From Marsupella aquatica (lineage: Eukaryota; Plantae; Marchantiophyta), in NCBI GenBank assembly GCA_973895155.1, contig OZ316894.1, positions 18,638,805-18,702,804 on the forward strand: 64,000 nt of DNA. Reading direction: 5' to 3'. Below the pieces are notes generated by a model. The model did no database searches, was not told the DNA's origin, and saw nothing but the letters and a program-made list of their open reading frames with translations. The position numbers were made by a program, and so were the translations under genes. Below, one piece after another: positions 39,295 to 51,947 of the stretch; within the stretch, counting starts at the first letter, position 1; each line of letters begins with the position of its first letter.

Positions 39295-41447
39295 ATGGCC
39301 GCCGTGCGAGCTCTGACTTCCCGCAGCTGCTGCGGCAGTGGATTGTGTCCTACTGCATGTCCTACTAGTGCCCACCTGGCCAGGACGACCACCCGCAGCC
39401 GAATTACAAGTAGCAGAACGCAGCAGCAGCAACAGCAACAGCACTGCTACACTAGGGGTTGCATTGTTGCGCAGCTCGAGGAGGGGGAGCAAGGAGACGA
39501 GAGCAAAAGACAGTCATCCTCTGGGCAACAGCCACGCCTAGGCAGTATCCTGAAGAACAAGCAGCGGATTCTGCAGGCGCAGCTCAGCAGCCTCCAGGAT
39601 GGTGAACTGGAGAAGCGTCTGTCCTCTGTTGAACCCGATGCTTCGCCTTACAGGCTCTTGGACGTCATCGCAGGCCAATTGAGTCAGGGGAAAACGACCA
39701 TCGTAGCTGAGATTGCCCGTCTCTCGCCATCCGAGACACTTGAGAGCTTCACTAAGCGTTGTGTGGAGTACACTGCATGGGGTAAGATCTTTTTTATATC
39801 ACTTCCCTCTCGGTTTTTCTGGAGACGACAACACATCTGTTTTAGATTTCAAGATGTAGCATTATCAACGATGAAATTGTGTTCCTTCAGGACTGACATT
39901 TTGGCGTTCTAGGTGCGGATGCCCTGGCTATTTGCACGGATGAGGAGAAATCACCAAATGGTGCCCAGGACCTGTCTGCAGCGTGCAAAGGTTCGCACCT
40001 GGAAAAGTGATCAGCCAATTGTAGCCCTGGGATGTTTATTAGCTATTTCTGTTTGAGGGAGCTCATGGTTATGATTCACAGTAGAACGAAATTTACACGA
40101 GCTGGAATAATACACCTGCTTTCTTGCACAAAGTGTTTAGAGAAGAAAAGTGGAATTTTAACATTTTGTGGTTGCGGATGTGTCGTCTCAGCTGTTAATG
40201 TACCCGTGTTACGCAAAGATTGGATCATTCATCCGTTGCAGGTTAATCTCCAAATCTTATTCCCAATTTTACTCCAAATGCTGCATCTGTCATCTTTGCA
40301 GCTCAAGGATTACCAAAGCCATTGTGGTGCTAGGGAAGACCTGCTTACATATTGTTTTCTTACGTTGAAGGTTGCTGAAACGAGGGAAGCACGTGCCGCG
40401 GCACTCACAGTAGTGTACTCTGTACTTAGGAAAGGTGACCGTCAAGTCTTCCCAGCCTGAGCCTGTTTCAATGTCAACGGGCATTTGATGAATTGGTAAA
40501 GGCCAATGGTCTGCCGCATGCTCACTGCTTTTTGCACTTTCGCCGTTATTGTGGAGTCCTCTGATGATGTATTCGTTCCACATTAGATCATTCACTTATA
40601 TGCTTGATCCTCATGACAGGTACGCCAGCCATTTTGCAGTACGCGGTTTCACTAGGCCTTGATGCTGTAATTGAGGTATGTTACTTTCTAAAGTTTTGCC
40701 TCGCCAATTGTCAACAGCTTCTCTCATTCACTGGTTATCAGTAATGGAGATTCTCAAATATCAGTGGCATTGTATCAGGTGGTTAATCTCCAAGAGATGC
40801 AGGAAATCGCTCCTATTGGTGCTCCGTTGTATGGCATCAACCTTTCCATTGGTCTTGCGGTACAGTTTCTCCACACCAACTATTCTTAGACTTAAGGAGA
40901 CATACTTGTTCTAGGACGTAGAAACTTCAACATTCGTAGACTGTGGTTGGAACAGGATCTTTCACAGTTAGTGACGCAGGAGAAACTAAGACTTTCCTGA
41001 GGATTCGTTGCAGGTATCACTTCCTGGCATAAGGCAAGACATTGCCCAGTCTCTAATTGGCGAAATCCCTTTCGATGCTTCTTCTCTTGTGGTAAGCCCC
41101 ACATAGCATCTACTGTTTTCTCTATGGTTTACTACATAATTCGTTTTTCAATGGCCATCAACAGTTCAAGCTAGCGGTTAACACATGAAAAAACGTCAAA
41201 TATATTGATATGTGGGTTGGTCTCTTCTCTGCTCAAAATGTTTTGTGTGGTCTTGCAAATGACCAGTGTGCTTGACCATCTGCAGGGCGTTTGGTCGATA
41301 GAAGAGGCGAGGGCAATGAAGCTTCAAGGAGCGGATGCTGTCTATGTAAGGCATGAGGTTCTACAAGGTCGTGGAGCAGATGGAAAACCACTGGTCCCTA
41401 AGACATTCCTGGAAAACCTTAGAGATGCCATGACCGGAGATGACTGA
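39295..41447 (+). CDS. Divergent indole-3-glycerol-phosphate synthase (TrpC/IGPS)-like TIM-barrel protein with a predicted plastid transit peptide; exons 39295-39781, 39913-39990, 40192-40241, 40371-40434, 40620-40675, 40779-40859, 41013-41090, 41286-41447
   Basis: TTIVAEIARLSPS, GADALAICTD, VPVLRKDWIIHPLQVAE, SLGLDAVIEV, LYGIN and GADAVYV follow IGPS motif order. The N-terminus is Ser/Thr/Arg-rich with polyQ. Junctions are GT-AG and in phase. Confidence 0.85.
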
Positions 41448-42591
41448 CAGTTGAATTATTATATACTCCTAGGAGCACTTCTGGAGATTGCCATATGTCC
41501 GGACTTATCTCATTCATTTGGAGGTTACTCGAATTCAAGGAATCCAGTGGAGAAATTCTGAGGATATTCTTCCCAATGTACAGCTTGGAAGATTTAGCTA
41601 CTGTAGTTGGCTTTGGGTTTTTATCTTTGCCTTTTCCATGATAATGTCCATGACTGAAAGCTGACCTGAAGAAATTCTGGCTTTGTTGCTGTAAAAGGGT
41701 TTATCTTACGTGGCGCATGTAAGGAGGTCTTGGGCTAAGGAGATGTCCAATCTGATATCAAAATCTGTACCCTCAATCCTTGGTAACCGACAGTATTTCA
41801 ACATATAATTGATATCTGTTCCTGAATGAGTCTTCCATTGGAGTGCACTAAGGCCTGTTGATTGGGAACCTAGTAGCCACGTATTGATTGGGAACATATT
41901 TGCAACATATTCTGTACCAAGTCAACGATGCAACTCGGCCATGTTTGCAACAAGTCAATAGCATGTCCAATGAAGACCACGATTGGCTTGAAATCCCAAT
42001 CCTGTCTAATCCTACCTGGAATTGGTTGAACCAGCCACTGTCCCTAAAGCAAAACCTGGTGAACCTGGTGGATCCAAGTAGCCAAAATCAGTCAATATTG
42101 TTATCAAGAACTAAAAAAATGCACTAATTTGTTCTCTTTAAACCACCACTAGTCATATAAAAGGAGAAGTGTCAAAAGTGTCCAAAGATTTCTTGTTTTT
42201 TCACACTCTTCTCTAGGGTGAGACTTTGCTCCACAATTTCAAGGAAAAAGGTACTGAAAATGGGGAAACATTGTGTATCCAGGTTTTGTCATGGAAAATG
42301 GGGCTTTCAACCTGGTGGACAGTGGCAATTTAACCTTACAAGTGTGAACTTTGTGTCAAAAGCTCAAAACCTTACAGTGTGAACTTTGTGTGGGAAAATC
42401 ACACTCCCGGAGTTCAGTCCAGTCCACCGTGTAGAGATGTCCCACTTGAATGAGCTATACTGGAAAATAATTTCTCTAGTGTTAAAGTGAACCACCATCA
42501 CTGCACAGAAAAATATTTTATCCCATGGGATGTCTCAAACTTCTGAGTTTTGCCTCCAGTTAGGGTGAAGGTTTCTTCCCAAAATTAAATT

Positions 42592-42670
42592 GGTGGACAC
42601 AAATAAGCTTGTCGGCACACTTGTGACCTAACTGGCGGACACAAAAAACTTGTCCGCACACTTGTGACCT
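42592..42670. repeat. ~42 bp tandem duplication
   Basis: TGG(T/C)GGACACAAA..A.CTTGTC.GCACACTTGTGACCT occurs twice. Confidence 0.75.
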
Positions 42671-45417
42671 TAGGCCAAACCTGATACTTTCAGGTCAGGG
42701 ATCTTTTTGCGGACCTGTAACTTTTGGTATGGAACAAATCTTCCTTGGAATAGATTTTTATAAAAAGCTTTTTACACCCGCAAAAAACCCCATGGGCAGG
42801 GCAAACACGCCACGCGGCACGTACTGAACAAATCTTACCAGTGTGTAATGATTTTTGGAGATCTGCTATATCCATAATCTCTTGCCCATGAATTCGTCCT
42901 TGTTAACATGTTTCTGGACTGTATTTACTTACCATAAGGTCTGGGCTGGGGTTTTACTCTAAACCCTGCTCCCAGATTACTCACAAATTTTTTTGGATTA
43001 CCCCGGGTCAGCTTTCTTCACTTTCTGGTCATAGCCTAGTAACCCTGTGCCCAGATAGTCATCATCCTATACAAGGGGTTGAGACATCTGGAGTGAAGCT
43101 TGCCTGACTCATTGCCAACTTGTGCAGAGAGTATGCTGGCATGTAACTCAGGAGTTGAGAACCAAGTTTCTGGCCTGGGCTCAGGCCATGATGTGAGTCA
43201 TTTTAATCTCTGGCTCAACGGCTCACTCTCTGCTGCATTGGGAAGCACCACGAAGGTTAAGCTAGATGTTTCATTTGTGAAAGGTCATATTTGCTTTCCC
43301 ACTTTGAAGCTATCCAAGCAGTTGCATGTGTATGCTGCATGTTCCTGGGAACAGGGCCCTTTGGGCCAAATTGGCTTCAATAATAAGTGTTTTAGCTCTA
43401 GTATTGACAGGTTGTAATTGCCTATGATGCACTTATAACAAGGCGGTAATACCCTTCAAGGCCCTATAGATTTCTTTATTTTTACTACTTTTAGTGAATG
43501 TAGAGCAACGTTTCATTATGCCCCAATTCAAATTTGGACTGGGCATTCTTTTCCATACTGGACCGAAACTGTGGTTGTCATAAGAAGCTTTGTCAATATA
43601 ATCCTGCTCCGTTTGACAAGAGCAAGATTGTTTTGACAGTGACAATTCAACCAGTTTTGTGTAATAGTCTTTTTGTGGAAGTGAATGCTGTAAGGTTGCT
43701 CTGTTCTAATACATTACTTTTTTACTATATTCAAACCTATGTTGGTCCTGGCAAAGGTTGTGTTCATGGGCCAGTGTTTCCTTTTGTAGTTTGGCTAGGT
43801 GGCACATATTTGTGAGTAGAGAACAATTTGGCCGGGTGGCATTTATTCCTGAGTAGAGAAATGCTTAGTAGAGTATGTATGGTCACATTATGACTGTTAG
43901 ATCTATGTATAGATCTATGTGTGGTTGGTCAAGAACTTTTAACCTCTTAAAATAAGATTTAATTTAGATGACCAGGCCTCTTCTTTCCAAGCCTCTTCAA
44001 TGAAAAAAGAAAGGAGCTGCAAAATTTTGCAGGGAAAAGGAAACACTGCTAGGGGCCCTTATTTGTTAAGAGCCTTGACTTCCCTGAATGAGATGCTCGT
44101 AAATGGATGGTGAATACCATTATGCCCGGTTCACAGTTCCACCCAGAGTCACCCTAGAGGCTCCATTCTAGCCACTGGACCCTTATCCTAGAATTTGATA
44201 GTGCTCTATCAGATAGATTGTTTCGCTTGTGATTTGCTTCAGAATCTCTGTAGGAAGGTGTATATAAATAGTGGCGTTGCCAATGCCCAAGAGAGAAACA
44301 AATACACAATTACTGCTGAGTGAGTAGGTCGGGCAGCCAATACCGGAATTAGACGTTTGAAGTAGTACAGCCTAAGTGATGCTGTAGGCAGGGGTTCATC
44401 CAATTAGATGAATTCACTGCTCTTGTACATTCGGAAGAATAATTCCCTGGCTTGTGAATGATAGATTCTTCAAGATATTTGTTCCGAGACTCCAGAGTTG
44501 TTCCACTCCTTCAGGTGTCCTAACATCGTTTTGAAGGCCAACATCCACACTTCTCCATTAGCTGCTCTTCAAACAATCACATCGAATTATTTGATGTCAT
44601 TGCAATTCTTTGCAATTCCGAGTTTTGGGGATGTACACCCGCACGAAGACAAGCCCCATGCATGTCAGGACCCACGCAAACTGCTGGCAAGTGATGGTTG
44701 TTTGATTCATGACAAACTAGCTGATGAACGGCAAGCACCGTAGGCAAGGGCTAGCCAGCAACACCACTGAATTTTCGTGCACGTATGTGATCTACACCAC
44801 ATTGTCGAAGCCTCCCTCCCCAACACAGCTGGTGAGACTGAATATATATTCAAGGAGTAGCTTTTGAGAACCGGTGCTTGTTTCGACCTCAATCATCTAC
44901 TGTACAAAATCTCCGAACGAGGTGATAGGGCACAGCCAAATTAATTAATTCATGTCAATGATTGCCAATTTGGTTGCCAGAACTAATTTCGTCTACTACC
45001 ACATGGATAAAAGGACTGATTCCATACACATGATACCACCTTCCAAGATTTGATCAGGTCGGGTATCGGGTATCCCACTTTAATAGTCTTACCCGGTTAT
45101 TTGCTATTTCCTTCAATGCATTTCCGTGTGCTACGTTATGATGAAACTCGCACAGTTCGTGAGATTAAGTCCTCTCTATCTCAGCACACCTAGTGTCTAC
45201 AAAATGTTTCACCCACTGCCATCCAATCAACCGTGCTAGGAGAAACCATCAAATGGTCGAAACTGAGACGATTTTGACCAAGCTTCGTGGCAGACGCAAA
45301 TCATTCTCAATGGGTCTTCGCTGTCCGCGTTAAAATACTCGAGTACATAGGCACACTGATTCTATGCGCGTCTCAGAACAATAACAGAACTACCGTTGTT
45401 GTCCACTGCAAAACTGT

Positions 45418-46468
<1,051 letters not shown>

Positions 46469-46626
46469 GTTGGAAAGTAGCGTCTCACACAAATCGCACA
46501 GAAATCTTCAATCGGTAGAGAAGCGTCACAGATCTGCGATGCTCTCCGGAGCTCTTCTGTCTTGTGCTGCTGCTCGGGAAACGGAGGAAAGGAGAAACGC
46601 AAAGAAACAAGCTCGCTATGTAGTAG

Positions 46627-46635
46627 AAACCCTAA
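46627..46635 (+). promoter_or_regulatory. Telo-box (AAACCCTAA) in the RPS15 promoter/5' region
   Basis: The exact motif lies ~160 bp upstream of the RPS15 ATG. Telo-boxes are well known in plant ribosomal-protein genes. Confidence 0.7.
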
Positions 46636-46779
46636 AACACAGTGGCGTTCGCCTAAACGCGACCGTCGACCTAAAGTGATGCCATCGCGAGTCATACACT
46701 AACCGTGGTTATTTGGAGGATAATGGTGGTCTGGTTCGGGGTGGGGTGGGGTTGGGTTACTAGCCTCATAAATTGACTA

Positions 46780-46923
46780 GATGGACCCCTAAATTGATAA
46801 GTGTTACTTAATGGACCCTATGAGGCCCCATGAGATTTTAGGACCCTTGATTTATGGTCTATCAAGGGTATGGATCACTCATGGGGTCCATTAAGTAAAG
46901 ATTTTCATTTTGGGGGTCTATCA
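46780..46923. mobile_element. Small MITE-like inverted repeat
   Basis: Left arm GATGGACCCCTAAATTGATAAGTGTTACTTAATGGACCCTATGAG pairs with the reverse complement of CTCATGGGGTCCATTAAGTAAAGATTTTCATTTTGGGGGTCTATC. Confidence 0.65.
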
Positions 46924-48372
46924 AGAATATTTTTTCCAGAAAGTGAACACAACTTGACTGGATGTAGGGAACCTTCCCAAACCCAGACCTCCCTTATAGT
47001 ACCTATTGCTGTCTAGAAAAAGATGGATTTAAAGTAAGAAATTATGGGTATCCTAACTACCTCAAAAAATGGTTATAGGCCCAGAGTTCTCATTTCTTTT
47101 GTTTTGACCCAACATGCAAGGAAGAAATATAGGGTTTTTATTGGGTTGAGTGAAAAACTTATAATTTTTTATGAAAGAACATAGGGGTATCTTAATCTAG
47201 TTTTGAGAATTACAAAAATTATTATTTTTTTTAAAACAAAATTTAGAAAAATTCCAAATACTTAGGGGAAAACTTCATTAATTATTCTCCAAAAAATTCC
47301 ACTTGATATGGAACCCCCCTTTGGAGTGAGCCCTCTTCAAGGTTACACACATGTAACATGCATTCCTTATATAAATTATGTAAGGCTGATTTGTCCATTC
47401 AACCTGTGTCTGTACTTTGTACTGTCCCAGGTCTGCCCAAAGCTGCCCAAATGACATGAGAAGTAAAAACAAACCCCAGCCAACAAGATTGCAGCATAAG
47501 TTTGTTTTAATCTAATATTTACCATTTTCTGATGCAGTTTTTTTTTATCGGATCAAATGGTGGAGTGTAAGCGCAGCTGCAAGTTGGAATCCAAGGGCCC
47601 AAGGAAGCGTTGAGGGAATACACTCAGTGAAGCCACCTGCTACAATGTGGTATGTTCAGTTTGGGTAACTCGGAGTGCTATATACCACGAGTTGTGGTTT
47701 AAGGTGTTCATTTTCTCTCCAGCGGAGTTTTCTGTGTGAGTGGGGGTAATTGTAATGAGCAAACAGGACAATTTTACTCTAAGGAAATTTTCTCCTGTTT
47801 TGAGGAAAAATCCCCCACTTTGCTAGCAAACTCAGTGTCTAGGATAGCTCTGCAAAACCTGGTTACTAAGACTATGTTTTTTTACTCCACTTTGGCTAGA
47901 GAACTTGATAGTCATACAGAGTCTTAGAAATGCACTAGAAATACAAAAGTCAGCAACAATCTAAAGACATTAAGAACCACTTGTGATTAGCTATCAATAC
48001 TCTCCTCAGGAGCATAAATGCCTGTCTAAGCACATCATTACATTACTTCCTAGCGCGGTCAATCCTGGGTGAACCAATTATTATTTTCACTTGAATTCAG
48101 GGTGAATTACAGTTCAAACTCAGCTTCAACAATTCACATTCCAAAGCCAGGCTCAAACTGCAAGATGGCCTCCCAGAGTTTGCATCATTCTATGTCACCA
48201 AGAGTTCCAAACGACACAACTTCCTGATCAAGAGAGCTCCTTTGTGCTGTTAGAGAGCTACTTGTTGACTCACCCTTCGTTTTGTAACTTAGCTGTGTGA
48301 GGGGTGATTCTATAATTAATTAATGTTTGGGCTGTCTCTTGTCTTTCCATCCAGTTCACTTGTATAATGTGG

Positions 48373-48830
48373 CCAAACTATCCAATATTACTAACATGTC
48401 CCCTAAACAAAATGAATTATCAACCCACCCCCCATTTTGTATTTAATTTAGTATTAACTTGTACACAGGTTCCCATTGTCATGTAGCAAATCGCTCCTGG
48501 CTACCCTTAACCCGATGCAACCCCCCTCGGCCCCCCCTTCCCCATTGCAGGGCACAGTTGCAGGTCCAGGAGGGGCAAAAGCACATCATTTTTTGCTCCG
48601 CACTCCCCTCACAAAGATCCAACATTTTCGGCCTCATTTTTACTCAGGAAAATGCAGTGGGGAAGGGAAAGCGGGACCAAGGGGGGGTCGCGGCAGGTTA
48701 ATGCTAGCCAGTACTGACACGTGGCAGTGGAAACCCGTATAAAATCTAATACTAAGCTAAATACAAAATGGGGGGCAGGTTGACAATTAATTTTGTTTGG
48801 GGACACGTTAGTAATATTGGATAGTTTTGG
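48373..48830. mobile_element. ~460 bp foldback/MITE with ~180 bp imperfect inverted arms
   Basis: AAACTATCCAATATTACTAACATGTCCCCTAAACAAAAT...CCCCCCATTTTGTATTTA pairs with TAAATACAAAATGGGGGG...ATTTTGTTTGGGGACACGTTAGTAATATTGGATAGTTT. The inner C-rich and G-rich blocks also pair. Confidence 0.8.
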
Positions 48831-50366
48831 GGGTCAGGTTAGTAAAAAGCTGTATTTCCAAATGGGGTGCCAGAGTTCACTGGTCTAATAATGCCTTAGC
48901 CAATATAGGAAAAAAAATCATCAATATACGAACCTATTAAAGAAACAGAACAAACCTTACAGTTGTGTTTGCAACTTTCCAAAACATGAAAGACAACATG
49001 CAATCGACCATTATCAAAAATTAAGAAGAGGTCCAAATTTTAATTCTACCTACTTTAAGTATATTCTCACAAGTCATGTAGAATAATCCAAGTAGCCTCT
49101 AATGAACCCAAATAATTCTCGTTATACTTTTTTGACTGTTTAAGGATAACAGTTGGATTCTGGCTATTGGGGTTGGTGGTTAGGTGGCTAGCTGAAGACA
49201 AAAAACCTTGCAAAGTTTTTCCCAAAAGTAAGAAAAGCTTTTCAGTGAGGTGGAATTGGCAGAATTTGTCGGGCTTTGCCTTGGATGGTATTGCACTAGA
49301 AGTTGGTTGGTCCATGGCTGAAGCAGCAAGCTGCAGGCAATGCTCCAGGACATGAGTGACAACATATTTTGGCATTAAAGCTTAAATAGACCAAAATATT
49401 GTCCTTGCCCATCCCCATAGATTGCATAGACTGCATAAAGGTATTAGCTACTTTACACCAGAAAGGAGCTGCTTACCTTTTCGATAGAAATTGTGAAGGA
49501 TGTTTCACTCTTGTGAAGAACACCCAGAGTGAAGAACACCCTCAGTAGTTTGGGCCAGACCAACAAATTGCCATTTCTTGGAGGGACTATTAGCTTTTGT
49601 GAAGGGTACTTAAAGTATTTTGGGATTGAATAACCAATTACCACTTTTGGAATAGATGTTTCAATTTAATAGCCCCGATTACCCGTTCTTTGAACGTGAA
49701 TAGCGGAGAGGACAATAAAAGAATTATCAAAATATATTGTAGATTCATATTCTTTGAAGGTTTATGAAATGATAAAAAAAATCCATCATTTTAATAGTCA
49801 TATATAATATATCATTCTCCTTGATCTGCACAGGCTTTTTGTATGTTCTATGCACATATTTTGTGGTGAGGCCATACTACCTATATGTTTTTAATGTAAA
49901 TATTTAAAAATTATCACATAAAACTGGCATGTATATACATCATAGTCATGTCATAAATTTTTCCCATGTATATGATGACCATGCACATGATGACCATAGA
50001 GTTACGGTCTAGAGGCTTCACTCTAGACCCTAGCTTGTGAAAAGTAAGCTGTAGTTCACGCTTTATTAGTAAGATGTAGGATGTCCTGAGCAGTTTGGGC
50101 CTGAGCAACAAAAGACAATTTTGTGTTTGCCTCAAACATTACTTGGGATGATATTCTATAAGGCCTGAGTATGCTGTACCACAACCACAAAAAGATTGAG
50201 ATAAGGCAAAAGAATCTAGTTTAAGGACAGGGCAACTGATGCAACAAACCAACCACCCGGTAAACTAACTGAAACTTACTGCAAGAGGTCAGGAGACCAT
50301 TTAAGGTCACATTTGAGTCAAGATTTTAAAATTTGCTATCCAAGTCTGTTCTGATGTTCTGAGAAA

Positions 50367-50459
50367 GTCCATCAAAGCTTCACAAACAATGGGGCTAGTC
50401 CATCCAGGCTTTGTCAGTCCATCCAAGCTTCACAAACAATGGCCAGTCCATCCAGGCTT
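50367..50459. repeat. ~49 bp tandem duplication
   Basis: AGTCCATC.AAGCTTCACAAACAATGG..AGTCCATCCAGGCTT occurs twice. Confidence 0.75.
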
Positions 50460-51083
50460 AGTATAAAAATATTTCGGGAGTGTTTCACAAAAAAATGTGG
50501 TATAAAGTTTTAAGGTACTCTAAGTATCTTGATGTAAACACTATCTTGGGCATTTTGGGCCTGTACTCAAAGTAATCGCCCTGGTTAGAGTTGTGGTCAA
50601 ACCCACTCTCCCTGCTCACTCAAATTTGCCTCTTGGCCTCCTCAAACCCGCTTCTTGCTCCCTAGAACTAGCAAGTTTGGGAGTGTGCTAGCACTTGCTC
50701 CAACATCTCAACAGATCCTATGGATGGTAGAGATGCATGGATCTCTATCTCAGCAGACAGTCTTGCTCCAGTGGGTACCATGGTTACTTCCATGTTACTG
50801 GTTGGGTAGGTGGGGAGTCGTGTTGCTCCACTCACCCCATCTGGATAGGTTTGCGCCAGAGTGTAGGCTATGTGCCTGTTTAAGAGTCGAATCAAGTTGC
50901 ATTTAGTGCACCGATGGAATGCTCTAATAAGTGATGAGGTTAATGAACTGTTACACTGAGACAGATGCTCTGGAGACTCTAGTAGCTGAGGCAGCTTGGA
51001 AAATTGATCAATATTGATCTTCCCCTCAGTAAGATTGTGCACACCTGTTACAATTTCGAGTTCAGTATGTTGGAATTTACAAC

Positions 51084-51220
51084 AGCATGGACCGGTCAGG
51101 AATTAAACCTAGTATTTTGGATTTGAATCTAGTATTTTGGAGTTCAACCTAAGCATGGACCGGTCAGGAATTAAACCTAGTATTTTGGATTTGAATCTAG
51201 TATTTTGGAGTTCAACCTAA
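51084..51220. repeat. Near-perfect 68-bp tandem duplication
   Basis: GCATGGACCGGTCAGGAATTAAACCTAGTATTTTGGATTTGAATCTAGTATTTTGGAGTTCAACCTAA occurs twice. Confidence 0.92.
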
Positions 51221-51261
51221 GACCTCATATACTTAATGCTCTACCACTGAGCTACAGGCCC
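51200..51261 (-). mobile_element. tRNA-derived head (SINE-like element or tRNA pseudogene)
   Basis: The minus strand reads GGGCCTGTAGCTCAGTGGTAGAGCA (tRNA 5' end, D-arm/A-box), then a shortened anticodon region and GAGGTCTTAGGTTGAACTCC (degenerate B-box). There is no complementary 3' acceptor stem. Confidence 0.6.
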
Positions 51262-51522
51262 TCCATGCCTGCACCATTATCAGTTCCACTGGCTGTGGTT
51301 CATTTCCAACACATTATTCTGGCTGTAAAAGGGTATTTGCTCATTTCCAACACATTGTTGCTATAAAAAGATATTTGTCAGAGGGCTTCCACCATTACTT
51401 TTGTTTGCCTCGAAAGAGGCTTCCTCCATTACTTGATGGATGTTGTGGGGCTCGAATGATCGAGGATTGCGAACAAGTTCAGCTCATTCAAGCTCTCTGG
51501 CACGTTGGAGAGTCCCATCTGA

Positions 51523-51947
51523 CCAGGTTTGAAGTGACGGGCAACTTGTCGAGTTGCCGGGCACGTAAACTCGGCATTTGCCGGGCAAAAATCGGCCCAA
51601 ATGCCGGCCGGGTGTGGGTCCGGGCCGGGACAGGCCGGGCCGGGCAGAGATAGGCCGGGGGCCGGAATAGGTCGGGGCAAGCCGGGGGTCGGGCCGGGAT
51701 AGGCCGGGACAGGCCAGGGATTGGTCGAGAGAGGCCGGGACAGGCCGGGGGTCGGGCCGGGACAGGCCGGGACAGGCTGGGGTCGGGTCGGGACAGGGTC
51801 GGGGCCGGGTGTGAGCCAGCCGGGGCCGGGAGGTCATGGCCGGGCCGGGCCGGGAAGTCAAGATCGGCCGGGCCGGGACGATCCGGGTGACAAGTTGCAG
51901 GTTGACGGACTCTAAAGCCTCTATTTGCCGGGCAAGTCCAAACTGGT
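51523..51947. mobile_element. 425-bp GC-rich non-autonomous DNA transposon (hAT-like MITE) with an 8-bp flanking direct repeat
   Basis: CCATCTGA flanks both sides (51515-51522, 51948-51955). Imperfect terminal inverted repeats CCAGGTTTGAAGTGACGGGCAA / TTGCCGGGCAAGTCCAAACTGG. The interior is built of GGCCGGG(ACA) units. Confidence 0.75.

Noticed and set aside
44460-44710. Minus-strand fragment faintly resembling LRR repeats (RTPEGVEQLWSL)
   Set aside because: Multiple stops and similarity too weak to support by eye.
51200-51261. Functional tRNA gene
   Set aside because: The anticodon arm is truncated and there is no 3' acceptor stem complement.
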